Positions 1 through 7,234 of a DNA stretch of 15,649 nucleotides are shown one piece after another. Source of the DNA: a virus (taxonomy: Duplodnaviria; Heunggongvirae; Uroviricota; Caudoviricetes); IMG/VR virus record IMGVR_UViG_2937414065_000001; one strand, 5' to 3'. Each line of letters begins with the position of its first letter. Positions within the stretch are counted from its first letter, which is position 1. The notes beneath the pieces were generated by a model. The model did no database searches. It was not told the DNA's origin and worked only from the letters and a program-made list of their open reading frames with translations. Both the position numbers and the translations under genes were made by a program.

Positions 1-87
1 GTGTAGCCAACGTTCTTTCAGTCAGGCCAGTAGAAACGTTGCGCTGACGATAAATACTGAAGCCCCAATACTATCGGGGCTGAACGT

Positions 88-1965
88 TCAGTCGGTGAGA
101 ATTTCTTCATCCGTATCCATTGTGGATGGTGATGAATCTATTTTTGTTGTAAGAAACACCCGACTCAGTAGTCTTTGCTTTAGGGCGTTTCCTCGCTCAT
201 TGTAGAATTCCTGGAAGCGACTGAACTCAATATTTTCATCTGAAACTAACAGCATTGATGGAGTATAGTTGTTTGATGAGTGAGATAGCCATTGTTTCAG
301 GGATGTATCCTGTTTACTTATATTCTGAGAGTGATTCAGTAAATGAAGATTAGGTATGGTGTCCCAGTGTTCCGGATTTTCGTAAAAGCTGAGTTTCTCC
401 GGTGAATTCGCAATATAATCTAATTTTTCAAGATATTTATTTGAAAAATGATTTCTTGGATGAAGGTGATCAATATGAAACACCTCGGTCGGATTCATTT
501 CAGGGAACAGAAGATGCAATAGTGCGCGGCAGCGACCTTCGCCATATCTGATATTGAGAAGGCTTTCGATGTATTCGTCGTCAAATCTGAGGTCCTTATT
601 CGAGCCTTTGTACCTATTAATAATCTTCTCAAGAGGAAAATGAACATCTGAAAGACTATTCTTCATTACGTCTCTGATGCTCGTGAGTAGCGCATCTGCC
701 TGGCTTCCAAAGATCCCTTTCAGAAGTACCATGTAAAACCACTGGCTAATTACTGAGCGTTCATTGTGGTTTTTATTCAGGAGATTAATCGTTGTATATA
801 ATGGGTGTCCATTGGTTTGCTTTTTGTAAAGCCAGTAGACCACAGGAATGACTGCATTTTTAGATATCAGTGACTGTGGATTGATGCCGAATCGCCTGAT
901 AAGAACAAAAGTCTCCTTGATACAGGATTTTATTTCAGACCATTGTTGTTGTATCTTACCGACCTCTTCTGAAGTGAAATTTTTTACTTTGAACCGGACG
1001 TCAGAGTCAATAAGCATCAGGCTGGTTTTTAAGAACCAGTCTCTTTCAATATAAAACCCCATTTCATTATTCTGATGAATGTTTTTTGTTAGTTCATCCA
1101 GTTCTCTTCTGAAATCACCCTGCCAGTGTGCTACAGCTATTGACATCAGTAAGTCGGAGAACTCAAGTTTTGTCCCCCCGCTATTCGTGCGAATGAAAAC
1201 ATCCAACACATGATCAATGTCCTGGCTGCCCTCATTGAAGTAGTGGATAAGATTCTCAGTTCTTATCTTGGTATAAAGTTTAAGCAGGGTTTTTCTGGAG
1301 AATTCACTGGAAATGAGTCCTCTTTTTTCGAGTTCTGGTACGACAACTTTAAATAAGATATCATCCGGAGAATCAATTTGCTCGTATTTGAATATTTCGT
1401 GAAGGCAGAACCAGTGATGTTTGTTATCGGTAAGTGAATCAGTGTATTGCTTGTCGGTGAGGAACCTGAAGTTGTACTTCATCATGGGCTCATCGTCTGA
1501 GTCAAGTGGCGCTGTTAAATCGACGTAAAGCTTTCTGGGCGGCAGGATGCGATCATCCTGTGCCGAAGGCCACCACACCCGGGGCTGTTTATACGCATAC
1601 GTTCCACACAGTCCAATATATAAAGATGTGAGACGCTGCTGACCATCAATCACCGCCTTAAAATTATGAAATCCCGCATTTGTTGGTACACATGGGTTTT
1701 CTTCATTAAATCGCTGACAGTATTCTTTCAGGAACTCATAAAATTTGTAATCGTTTTTAATACTGATACTACGGATATCCCACATCATGAAAGAGTTTAT
1801 CGGGTAGTCTCGCATGATGGAATCAAATAGCAGACATATCTGCCTGCTGCTCCAGACAAACTTTCGCTGAATTGCAGGCAGAAGATAGTGGCGTAAATTA
1901 ATCGAATCTATCGCTTGTTTTATCGTTATTGCTTTTTCATACTGGCCAGCCATCATAAACCTCAT
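88..1965 (-). CDS. GmrSD-type (DUF262 + DUF1524/HNH-like) nuclease; putative type IV modification-dependent restriction or SspE-like defence protein
   Basis: 625-aa ORF. The N-terminus has the DUF262 hallmarks LPAIQRKFVW, DSIMRDYPI, VIDGQQRLTSL and VFIRTNSGGTKL. The C-terminus has HIDHLHP...IPNLHLLNHSQNISK (DUF1524 His-Me finger-like motif). Visibly AT-richer than the 9.5-15.6 kb backbone. The start could be at a slightly downstream Met (MMAGQ). Confidence 0.85.
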   Translation of the reverse strand: MRFMMAGQYEKAITIKQAIDSINLRHYLLPAIQRKFVWSSRQICLLFDSIMRDYPINSFMMWDIRSISIKNDYKFYEFLKEYCQRFNEENPCVPTNAGFHNFKAVIDGQQRLTSLYIGLCGTYAYKQPRVWWPSAQDDRILPPRKLYVDLTAPLDSDDEPMMKYNFRFLTDKQYTDSLTDNKHHWFCLHEIFKYEQIDSPDDILFKVVVPELEKRGLISSEFSRKTLLKLYTKIRTENLIHYFNEGSQDIDHVLDVFIRTNSGGTKLEFSDLLMSIAVAHWQGDFRRELDELTKNIHQNNEMGFYIERDWFLKTSLMLIDSDVRFKVKNFTSEEVGKIQQQWSEIKSCIKETFVLIRRFGINPQSLISKNAVIPVVYWLYKKQTNGHPLYTTINLLNKNHNERSVISQWFYMVLLKGIFGSQADALLTSIRDVMKNSLSDVHFPLEKIINRYKGSNKDLRFDDEYIESLLNIRYGEGRCRALLHLLFPEMNPTEVFHIDHLHPRNHFSNKYLEKLDYIANSPEKLSFYENPEHWDTIPNLHLLNHSQNISKQDTSLKQWLSHSSNNYTPSMLLVSDENIEFSRFQEFYNERGNALKQRLLSRVFLTTKIDSSPSTMDTDEEILTD

Positions 1966-2401
1966 GTGTTATATTAGCTGGCTGATTTTAATCTTAAGGG
2001 TGTAACGAGTACAGTATTTGCACAAGCATAATTTATGCAGTGGAAAAGCTGACTGCTCGGTTTGTGTTTTTCGTTCGGGTAGACTTGCATTGCGGATGCA
2101 CAAAGTGATGAAACCTGTCTTGCTATGTTTTTACCAAAGTTAACAAGAAGTCCATGCTTTATCTTCTCGCTATCTGTTATGTCTGTCAGGTCATTACCAA
2201 ACGTTATGCTGGCAGCTTTGTGACGCGTGATTTGGGGGGGAATGAAGCGTGGCTACGCGTACAGACTCCCAGGCGACAGACTAATCAACGCGTTGACATT
2301 GGCGGTCACTAATTGAGGATTTCTATAAGAACTCGTTGATCGCCCCTCTTCCCTACCCGCCAACCTCATACACTCCAGGCGCGGCAAGGCTTTTACGCAC
2401 A

Positions 2402-2421
2402 TAACACCAACAAGAAAACAA
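2402..2421 (+). repeat. Partial copy of the repeated module TAACACCAACAAGAAAACAA, with no clear gene downstream
   Basis: Identical 20-mer at 3778-3797; lacks the 3' GTTGTTT half of the palindrome. Confidence 0.75.
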
Positions 2422-2704
2422 ATAAATAACACATCAATGAAAAGTCAACGCTTTACCCTGATTTGGTCTGAAAAGTTGACGTTTTGCCATGTCACTTCTT
2501 ATATCCGTTAAGCAGCGTACCAGAGACCAACACTCTGCGACGAAAACGCCAAAAACGACTCCTGATACCACCACAAAATAGACACGCTCAGAATGGCTCT
2601 CGTTGCGTTTAATGAGTATATAAACAAATTGTTTTAGGCAATAAGAAAACAACAAAACAAAGTAACGAAGAAAAGGAACTGCCATTACCCCACACCCAAG
2701 CAAT

Positions 2705-2762
2705 ACCAACCTCATTGCCCCAGGCTACCGAAAAGACCAACCTCATTGCCCCAGGCTACCGA
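2705..2762 (+). repeat. 27-bp direct repeat x2 (ACCAACCTCATTGCCCCAGGCTACCGA), 31-bp period
   Basis: Exact copies at 2705-2731 and 2736-2762. The core CCAGGCTACCGA recurs at 5728-5739. Confidence 0.9.
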
Positions 2763-3421
2763 CCACATGAAGCAAATCTCGACCACCACCAAAAAGCGAC
2801 GAGACAAAGGCAATTTCTCTGAAGGCCATTCCCCAATACACGGAAGAGAATACCCGGGAAGAAACTCCAGACCAGAACAGCCCCCGGCGCCATATCGTTT
2901 ACCCACTCTTACCTCGAAAGATAACGCAAATTCCTGATAAGCAGGGAACGCCATTACTTCACATGCGGAGAACGACAACAGACCGGAAACCACATCACCC
3001 ACACTTCCACCTCTCAAGATGAACGAAAGAAAAAGCGCACACGCCATTACTCCATACACAGAGAAGAACTATCCCCACAACGAAGAATACAGACCAGAGG
3101 AAAACCACAAGACAACCACCTCTACAACATCTGCAAAACCACTTACCGGCAGAGAGAAGAAAGTCGCCTTTTCTCCCATACGAATGGTCACCGTATAGAG
3201 CGCTAATAAGAGAGATACGAGTCCCCCATAAGAGAGGTTATTCGAGTCAGGAAAGAGCACAGATATAAGAGAGAGGGGATGGAGGGGGATCGCTCCCTTT
3301 CCCGTATTTATTCAAGTCCTGATTTTATCCCCCGTAACATCCCTGCGGTCGAACGAGTGAAAGGGCCACCGCGAAAATCTATCGGGAGCGTCCCCGCAGG
3401 GAAAAGGCTGGCTGCCTGAGT

Positions 3422-3453
3422 GGAAACGGCTGGAGGTTTTTCGGGAAACGGCT
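3422..3453 (+). repeat. GGAAACGGC doublet (22-bp period), copy 1
   Basis: GGAAACGGC at 3422 and 3444. TTTTCGGGAAACGGCT (3438-3453) is identical to 6447-6462. Confidence 0.8.
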
Positions 3454-3769
3454 TGGTTCCCGTCATGGAAAGGGTGTGTGCCGGTATAGAGACAAAATGC
3501 CGCGGGGACGGCTGATTCTCTGGCGGTACACCCCTTGGTGCGCAGGTGGCTTTCTTCCCGCTGCGCGCAGCTGCTGATACGTATTCTGCCAGAGCGTTCG
3601 AGGGTCACAAGCTGTTTCAGTAGGTTTTCGGGAAGAGGAAAATACTGCCCACCAGCCCTGCGGTGCGCGTTGAGAAGAATAATGTAAAAAGCGCTCCCGA
3701 TACGCTCCCGGATACTCACTGCTTTTCCAGTTCTCCCCGATACAAAATTCTTTTTCCCCGTTTTCTTAT

Positions 3770-3804
3770 TGCGATAATAACACCAACAAGAAAACAACGT
3801 GTTT
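3770..3804 (+). promoter_or_regulatory. Repeated promoter/operator module, copy B (TG-C-GATAAT extended -10-like + ACACCAACAAGAAAACAACGTGTTT)
   Basis: Same motif as at 4368, 5322 and 5814; followed by AAGGAG RBS and ATG 3822. Confidence 0.7.
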
Positions 3805-3821
3805 AGACAAAGGAGAAACAC

Positions 3822-4037
3822 ATGTACAAGCATCTGAATATCAGCATCACCCTCTGTGGCGAGGAAGCGTCCTCCGAGTGTGAGATCTCCCTCGATGATG
3901 TTATCCGTTCTCAGGATGTTGCTGGTCGCGTGGCGACGCTCATCTCTGAAGGATACAGAGAAGGGACGTTTGATTTCCATATCGAGGACAACCCAATGTC
4001 CGTCGCGTGGAACTGCACGACGTCAGAAACGAAGTGA
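3822..4037 (+). CDS. Small acidic hypothetical protein (71 aa)
   Basis: AAGGAG RBS, sits directly behind the repeated module; no recognisable family. Confidence 0.75.
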   Translation: MYKHLNISITLCGEEASSECEISLDDVIRSQDVAGRVATLISEGYREGTFDFHIEDNPMSVAWNCTTSETK

Positions 4038-4047
4038 GGGTGAAGAG

Positions 4048-4266
4048 ATGATTAAGATGCCTGTGATGGTTGAGGTGTGGAGTGTGGATTCCCTGGCCGA
4101 GTGCCTGGATGCAGTGGGGCCGGAGTTGTACCGCAAGTTGTGGTCGTTCGTCCCGGCTGAAGGGGAATCACCCAAAGGGAAGGATATCTGGCACCTGCTC
4201 AGTGAAGATGAACAGCGGGAGCTGGTGGACGCGGTACACATCGAGTTCCCGGACGACGAAGATTAA
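4048..4266 (+). CDS. Small acidic hypothetical protein (72 aa, MIKMPVMVEVW...FPDDED)
   Basis: 3' part of track ORF 3856-4266. ATG 4048 has a GAGGG RBS, lies 10 nt after the upstream stop, and a hairpin follows the stop. Confidence 0.7.
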   Translation: MIKMPVMVEVWSVDSLAECLDAVGPELYRKLWSFVPAEGESPKGKDIWHLLSEDEQRELVDAVHIEFPDDED

Positions 4267-4274
4267 GAGCGAGA

Positions 4275-4295
4275 CCACCAGCTTGGTGGCTTTTT
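4275..4295 (+). terminator. Putative intrinsic terminator
   Basis: CCACCA-gct-TGGTGG followed by CTTTTT just after stop 4266. Confidence 0.55.
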
Positions 4296-4367
4296 GCTGT
4301 TTGCAACCTCCGGGGCAGCGCAACACCGTAACGCTATGCTTTGTAGCCGTTTTCTCGCTGGTATTAT

Positions 4368-4394
4368 TTACACCAATAAGAAAACAAGTTGTTT
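4368..4394 (+). promoter_or_regulatory. Repeated promoter/operator module, copy C
   Basis: TTACACCAATAAGAAAACAAGTTGTTT, then GGAG RBS and ATG 4407. Confidence 0.7.
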
Positions 4395-4406
4395 ACGGAG
4401 TGAATT

Positions 4407-4718
4407 ATGAAAAACGCGATGATCACCAAACTGAGTGCGGGCCAGCCACGTAAAGAAAAGCCAACCGCAATGAGCCAGCTGACCCTGCTCGATATCATCG
4501 CCAACGGCACTGCCATTCGCCTGTTCAAAGAGACGCTGGTCTCATTCGACAATGGTTCCCGCACGCGTTACGTCATGAGTGTGCGTCGCCAGAGTGGAAG
4601 AGGGTGGATGGCAAAACAAGTTATCTGGCCGGAAGGAGAACTGGAAATGGCGCTACTGGAGGTGAACAAAGTCGCCCAGCAAGAAATCCAGCGTGCTTCT
4701 CTTCTGGCGACAGCCTGA
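4407..4718 (+). CDS. Hypothetical protein (103 aa)
   Basis: GGAG RBS 6 nt upstream; module before and terminator after. Confidence 0.75.
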   Translation: MKNAMITKLSAGQPRKEKPTAMSQLTLLDIIANGTAIRLFKETLVSFDNGSRTRYVMSVRRQSGRGWMAKQVIWPEGELEMALLEVNKVAQQEIQRASLLATA

Positions 4719-4750
4719 CATGTGCAAAAGCGATTAGTCGACCCTACGAC

Positions 4751-4778
4751 AGCCCCGTTCATCCTTCGGGGCTTTTTT
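4751..4778 (+). terminator. Intrinsic terminator
   Basis: AGCCCCG-(9 nt)-CGGGGCT running into a T tract. Confidence 0.75.
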
Positions 4779-4784
4779 GTTTGC

Positions 4785-4813
4785 TTGTATTGTAAGTGCT
4801 TACCTATGACAAT
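4785..4813 (+). promoter_or_regulatory. Putative sigma70 promoter with palindrome GTAAGTGCTTAC in the spacer
   Basis: TTGTAT-N17-GACAAT; near-palindrome at 4792-4803. Confidence 0.4.
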
Positions 4814-4845
4814 AATATATTCATGTCAACTACAGGGAGACTAAA

Positions 4846-5241
4846 ATGACTGTTTTACGCGAAAATCTTGTGCTGGATTTACATTATGCGTCCGAAACCA
4901 CCTTCGGCGAGAAAGTTGCCAAACTGACCGTCGTTCTGCGTGACAACACCACCGGAACGGAGGTTCACACCAGCACCTTAGTGCGCGAGGGGGAAGGTGA
5001 AAGTGCGATCTACAGCGTAGGTTATCAGAACATCAGCAACGCAGCCGACCCGCTGCTGCTAAAGCTGGAAGCGTATTTCCGCACTGCGGACAAGGCGATG
5101 TTCGATAAGCTGATGACCAGAGTAGATACGCTGTTTACCTCCGATTTGAACTCTAACAGCACCTGGATGGGTCAATACGGTCTGCGTATCGTTTCCAGCG
5201 CGATGGTAGACGAATTTATTCCCGAAAGCGTGTTTGAATAA
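4846..5241 (+). CDS. Hypothetical protein (131 aa)
   Basis: AGGGAG RBS and clean ORF with a hairpin after the stop. Confidence 0.8.
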   Translation: MTVLRENLVLDLHYASETTFGEKVAKLTVVLRDNTTGTEVHTSTLVREGEGESAIYSVGYQNISNAADPLLLKLEAYFRTADKAMFDKLMTRVDTLFTSDLNSNSTWMGQYGLRIVSSAMVDEFIPESVFE

Positions 5242-5248
5242 TCCCTCC

Positions 5249-5274
5249 AATGGCGCGTACCCCGCGCCATTTTC
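5249..5274 (+). terminator. Putative terminator
   Basis: AATGGCGCG-taccc-CGCGCCATT (9-bp stem) followed by TTCTT. Confidence 0.6.
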
Positions 5275-5313
5275 TTATCCCCGATAACAAAATGTTTTCT
5301 GCCTTATCCATAC

Positions 5314-5348
5314 TGCGATAATTACACCAACAAGAAAACAAGATGTTT
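5314..5348 (+). promoter_or_regulatory. Repeated promoter/operator module, copy D
   Basis: TGCGATAATTACACCAACAAGAAAACAAGATGTTT, then GGAGGA RBS. Confidence 0.7.
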
Positions 5349-5367
5349 ACGCATGGAGGATATGCAC

Positions 5368-5649
5368 ATGACCGATTTCACTATCTCCCCTAAAGCTGAA
5401 AACGTATGGCTGGAATCCTGGCTCGACCTGTCGCCGGAAGAGCAGCAGGAAATGGATCACGTTGAACAGGACGAACAATGTGATGCCCGCTTCTTCCGCT
5501 TTGAGGACAGCGTTTATGACATTGCCGACTTCATGCGCGATGACCGCTTCCCGGACTGGCACGCAGGCTACCCATTAAATGCCTTCGCCATGCTGATGAT
5601 CCGCGTGGATGGCTCCGGCGATACCATCGACGTCGGTCTGCTCCACTAA
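5368..5649 (+). CDS. Small, strongly acidic hypothetical protein (93 aa)
   Basis: GGAGGA RBS (5355-5360) favours ATG 5368 (MTDFTISPKAE) over the track start 5353. Confidence 0.75.
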   Translation: MTDFTISPKAENVWLESWLDLSPEEQQEMDHVEQDEQCDARFFRFEDSVYDIADFMRDDRFPDWHAGYPLNAFAMLMIRVDGSGDTIDVGLLH

Positions 5650-5656
5650 GAGAACG

Positions 5657-5678
5657 AGGCCACCCATGCTGGTGGCCT
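5657..5678 (+). terminator. Hairpin after stop (terminator-like, short T tract)
   Basis: AGGCCACC-catgct-GGTGGCCT; similar in sequence to the 4275 hairpin. Confidence 0.45.
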
Positions 5679-5808
5679 TAAATGACCATCCTGTTTCCCG
5701 CAGGCTAAAAACACCCACCTCTTACCGCCAGGCTACCGAACAACCCTCCGACTCCCTGTCGGCCACCAGCAGCCGGAACAGAACGCTTGGACGCCTTATG
5801 CGCGTAGT

Positions 5809-5840
5809 GATAATTAAACCAACAAGAAAACAAGTTGTTT
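5809..5840 (+). promoter_or_regulatory. Repeated promoter/operator module, copy E
   Basis: GATAATTAAACCAACAAGAAAACAAGTTGTTT, then AAGGA RBS and ATG 5855. Confidence 0.7.
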
Positions 5841-5854
5841 AAAGGATTATCACC

Positions 5855-6337
5855 ATGAACTTTATCGCTACTGTTAACACCCCTGCGCATGGCCATATTT
5901 CTGTGACGTTCTCTGATAACGAGAAAAGCGTGCTGGGCGCCTGGCGTGACAACGTAACCATCGAACTGTCCGGTAAAGAGAAACAGCAGATCACCAATGA
6001 CATAATCTGCAACCGTCGCCATAAGCGCGTATTTGAGAAAGCGTATGTCTCCACCTCCGGATTTGGCGTATTCATCTTCCCGGTACGCAGCGGTCGCTTC
6101 TGCCAGTCAAAACTCATCGAGTTCGCCACGCAGATCGCGCTATGGGTTAAAACAGAATCCGGGTTCGACTTCAGCGAACAGGAAGCAGTGGGGGAGGGGA
6201 TGCGTATCGCCAACAACGCCATCAAGTGCAAAAACGTCACCTACGAAGCAGGAATCGACTCGTGGAGTGTCTCGTGCGGTGAATACGTGAAAGAGGTGTA
6301 CGGAAAGAACCGCATTCACATCCTGGCTGGCAAGTAA
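5855..6337 (+). CDS. Hypothetical protein (160 aa)
   Basis: RBS, module upstream, hairpin and T-rich tract downstream. Confidence 0.8.
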   Translation: MNFIATVNTPAHGHISVTFSDNEKSVLGAWRDNVTIELSGKEKQQITNDIICNRRHKRVFEKAYVSTSGFGVFIFPVRSGRFCQSKLIEFATQIALWVKTESGFDFSEQEAVGEGMRIANNAIKCKNVTYEAGIDSWSVSCGEYVKEVYGKNRIHILAGK

Positions 6338-6343
6338 GAGGGG

Positions 6344-6369
6344 AGGGGCTGGAAACGCCCCTTTCTTTT
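6344..6369 (+). terminator. Putative terminator
   Basis: AGGGGC-tggaaac-GCCCCT followed by TTCTTTT. Confidence 0.55.
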
Positions 6370-6430
6370 CGTCCACCAGCTGCCGCAGGGAATTTCAGAA
6401 ACGGCCAGAGAGCTGTCCGGGGAACCGAAG

Positions 6431-6462
6431 GGAAACGGCCAGGGAATTTTCGGGAAACGGCT
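6431..6462 (+). repeat. GGAAACGGC doublet (22-bp period), copy 2
   Basis: GGAAACGGC at 6431 and 6453, plus GAAACGGC at 6398; homologous to 3422-3453. Confidence 0.8.
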
Positions 6463-6907
6463 GGGTTTGCCTTTATGTAGAAAACCGAGCGGGAGAAGCC
6501 CAGAATCGCGCCACAAATTGCGTAGCGGCGCTGGGGTAGCGCTGGTGGGGTTTCAGCCCCTGAGCCATCCAGATAGCTTTCGCTATGTGATTATGTGAAT
6601 CCGTGGGTAAACCACTGCAAGCGCGTACACGTCGCGCCAACGTGCCAATGATACGCGAGCGCCCACGGATAGCGCCAACATTGCCGACACGTCCCGAAGG
6701 ATAGCGCGGATCACGTCGCCAGATATCGCCAGACGATCACGCCCACGACACGACAAAATAAGCCACGCGCTAAAACGCTGTAAAACGCGCTATAACGTGA
6801 TTTTTATTGTGGGTAATGGTATGTACCACCACACATAAAAACGCGTTAAATTGGCGCGTTTATGGCGCTTATTTTTGGTCTGTTTTGGCTGACTTCAGAC
6901 AATAAAA

Positions 6908-6929
6908 AACGCGCCAACAATGGCGCGTT
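6908..6929. other. Perfect 9-bp hairpin, possible minus-strand terminator
   Basis: AACGCGCCA-acaa-TGGCGCGTT, preceded by an A run. Confidence 0.5.
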
Positions 6930-6951
6930 ATGATGTGCGGATCTTGAAACG

Positions 6952-6977
6952 AAAAAAGCGCCCATAGTGGGCGCTAT
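6952..6977 (-). terminator. Intrinsic terminator (copy 1 of duplicated 21-bp hairpin)
   Basis: AGCGCCCA-tag-TGGGCGCT with an A6 run on its left, which is a T tract on the minus strand; 3 nt after the stop at 6981. Confidence 0.75.
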
Positions 6978-6980
6978 TGC

Positions 6981-7184
6981 TTAAATGCTGTTTTGCAGTT
7001 TTCCGATCATTTCAGACAAGCGCAAATATTCACGTTTGCGTTTACAGTCTCTTTTGCTGTTAAGCAAATCAGAAAACGTAAAATTTAATTTGTCACGTTG
7101 CGCTTTTAAGTCGTCGATTAATTCAAGTTTATAAGCGCGATATTTTGCGCGATATTCCGCGCGGATCTGGTCATAACTAATCAT
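6981..7184 (-). CDS. Small basic, helical hypothetical protein (67 aa)
   Basis: AAGGA RBS on the minus strand, AT-rich codons, bounded by identical hairpins. Confidence 0.7.
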   Translation of the reverse strand: MISYDQIRAEYRAKYRAYKLELIDDLKAQRDKLNFTFSDLLNSKRDCKRKREYLRLSEMIGKLQNSI

Positions 7185-7201
7185 GATTTTTATCCTTAAA
7201 A

Positions 7202-7224
7202 ATAGCGCCCATAGTGGGCGCTAT
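7202..7224 (-). terminator. Hairpin (copy 2 of duplicated 21-bp element)
   Basis: ATAGCGCCCA-tag-TGGGCGCTAT; 7204-7224 is identical to 6957-6977. Confidence 0.65.
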
Positions 7225-7234
7225 ATCCATCTAA

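Noticed and set aside
61-81. Hairpin AGCCCC-N9-GGGGCT after the nuclease stop
   Set aside because: It has only a 6-bp stem, a long loop and no clear U tract; possibly a terminator but not supportable.
2293-2329. Perfect TTGACA -35 box
   Set aside because: No -10 hexamer at 16-18 bp; the nearest TATAAG is 25 bp away.
2434-3260. Minus-strand ORFs of 93, 115 and 63 aa, and plus-strand 2746-2937
   Set aside because: They are V/F/L/G/C-rich as expected from the A/C skew of the plus strand, lack convincing RBSs and run through tandem repeats.
3312-3980. 222-aa minus-strand ORF
   Set aside because: It runs antisense across the regulatory module and the 3822 gene, with atypical composition and no motif.
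3856-4047. Long 5' extension of ORF 3856-4266
   Set aside because: It overlaps the 3822-4037 gene out of frame; ATG 4048 has the proper RBS.
2402-5840. Repeated ACACCAACAAGAAAACAA as a CRISPR array or attC sites
   Set aside because: Spacing is 500-1400 bp with whole genes between, there are no cas genes or integron integrase, and there are no attC R/L boxes.
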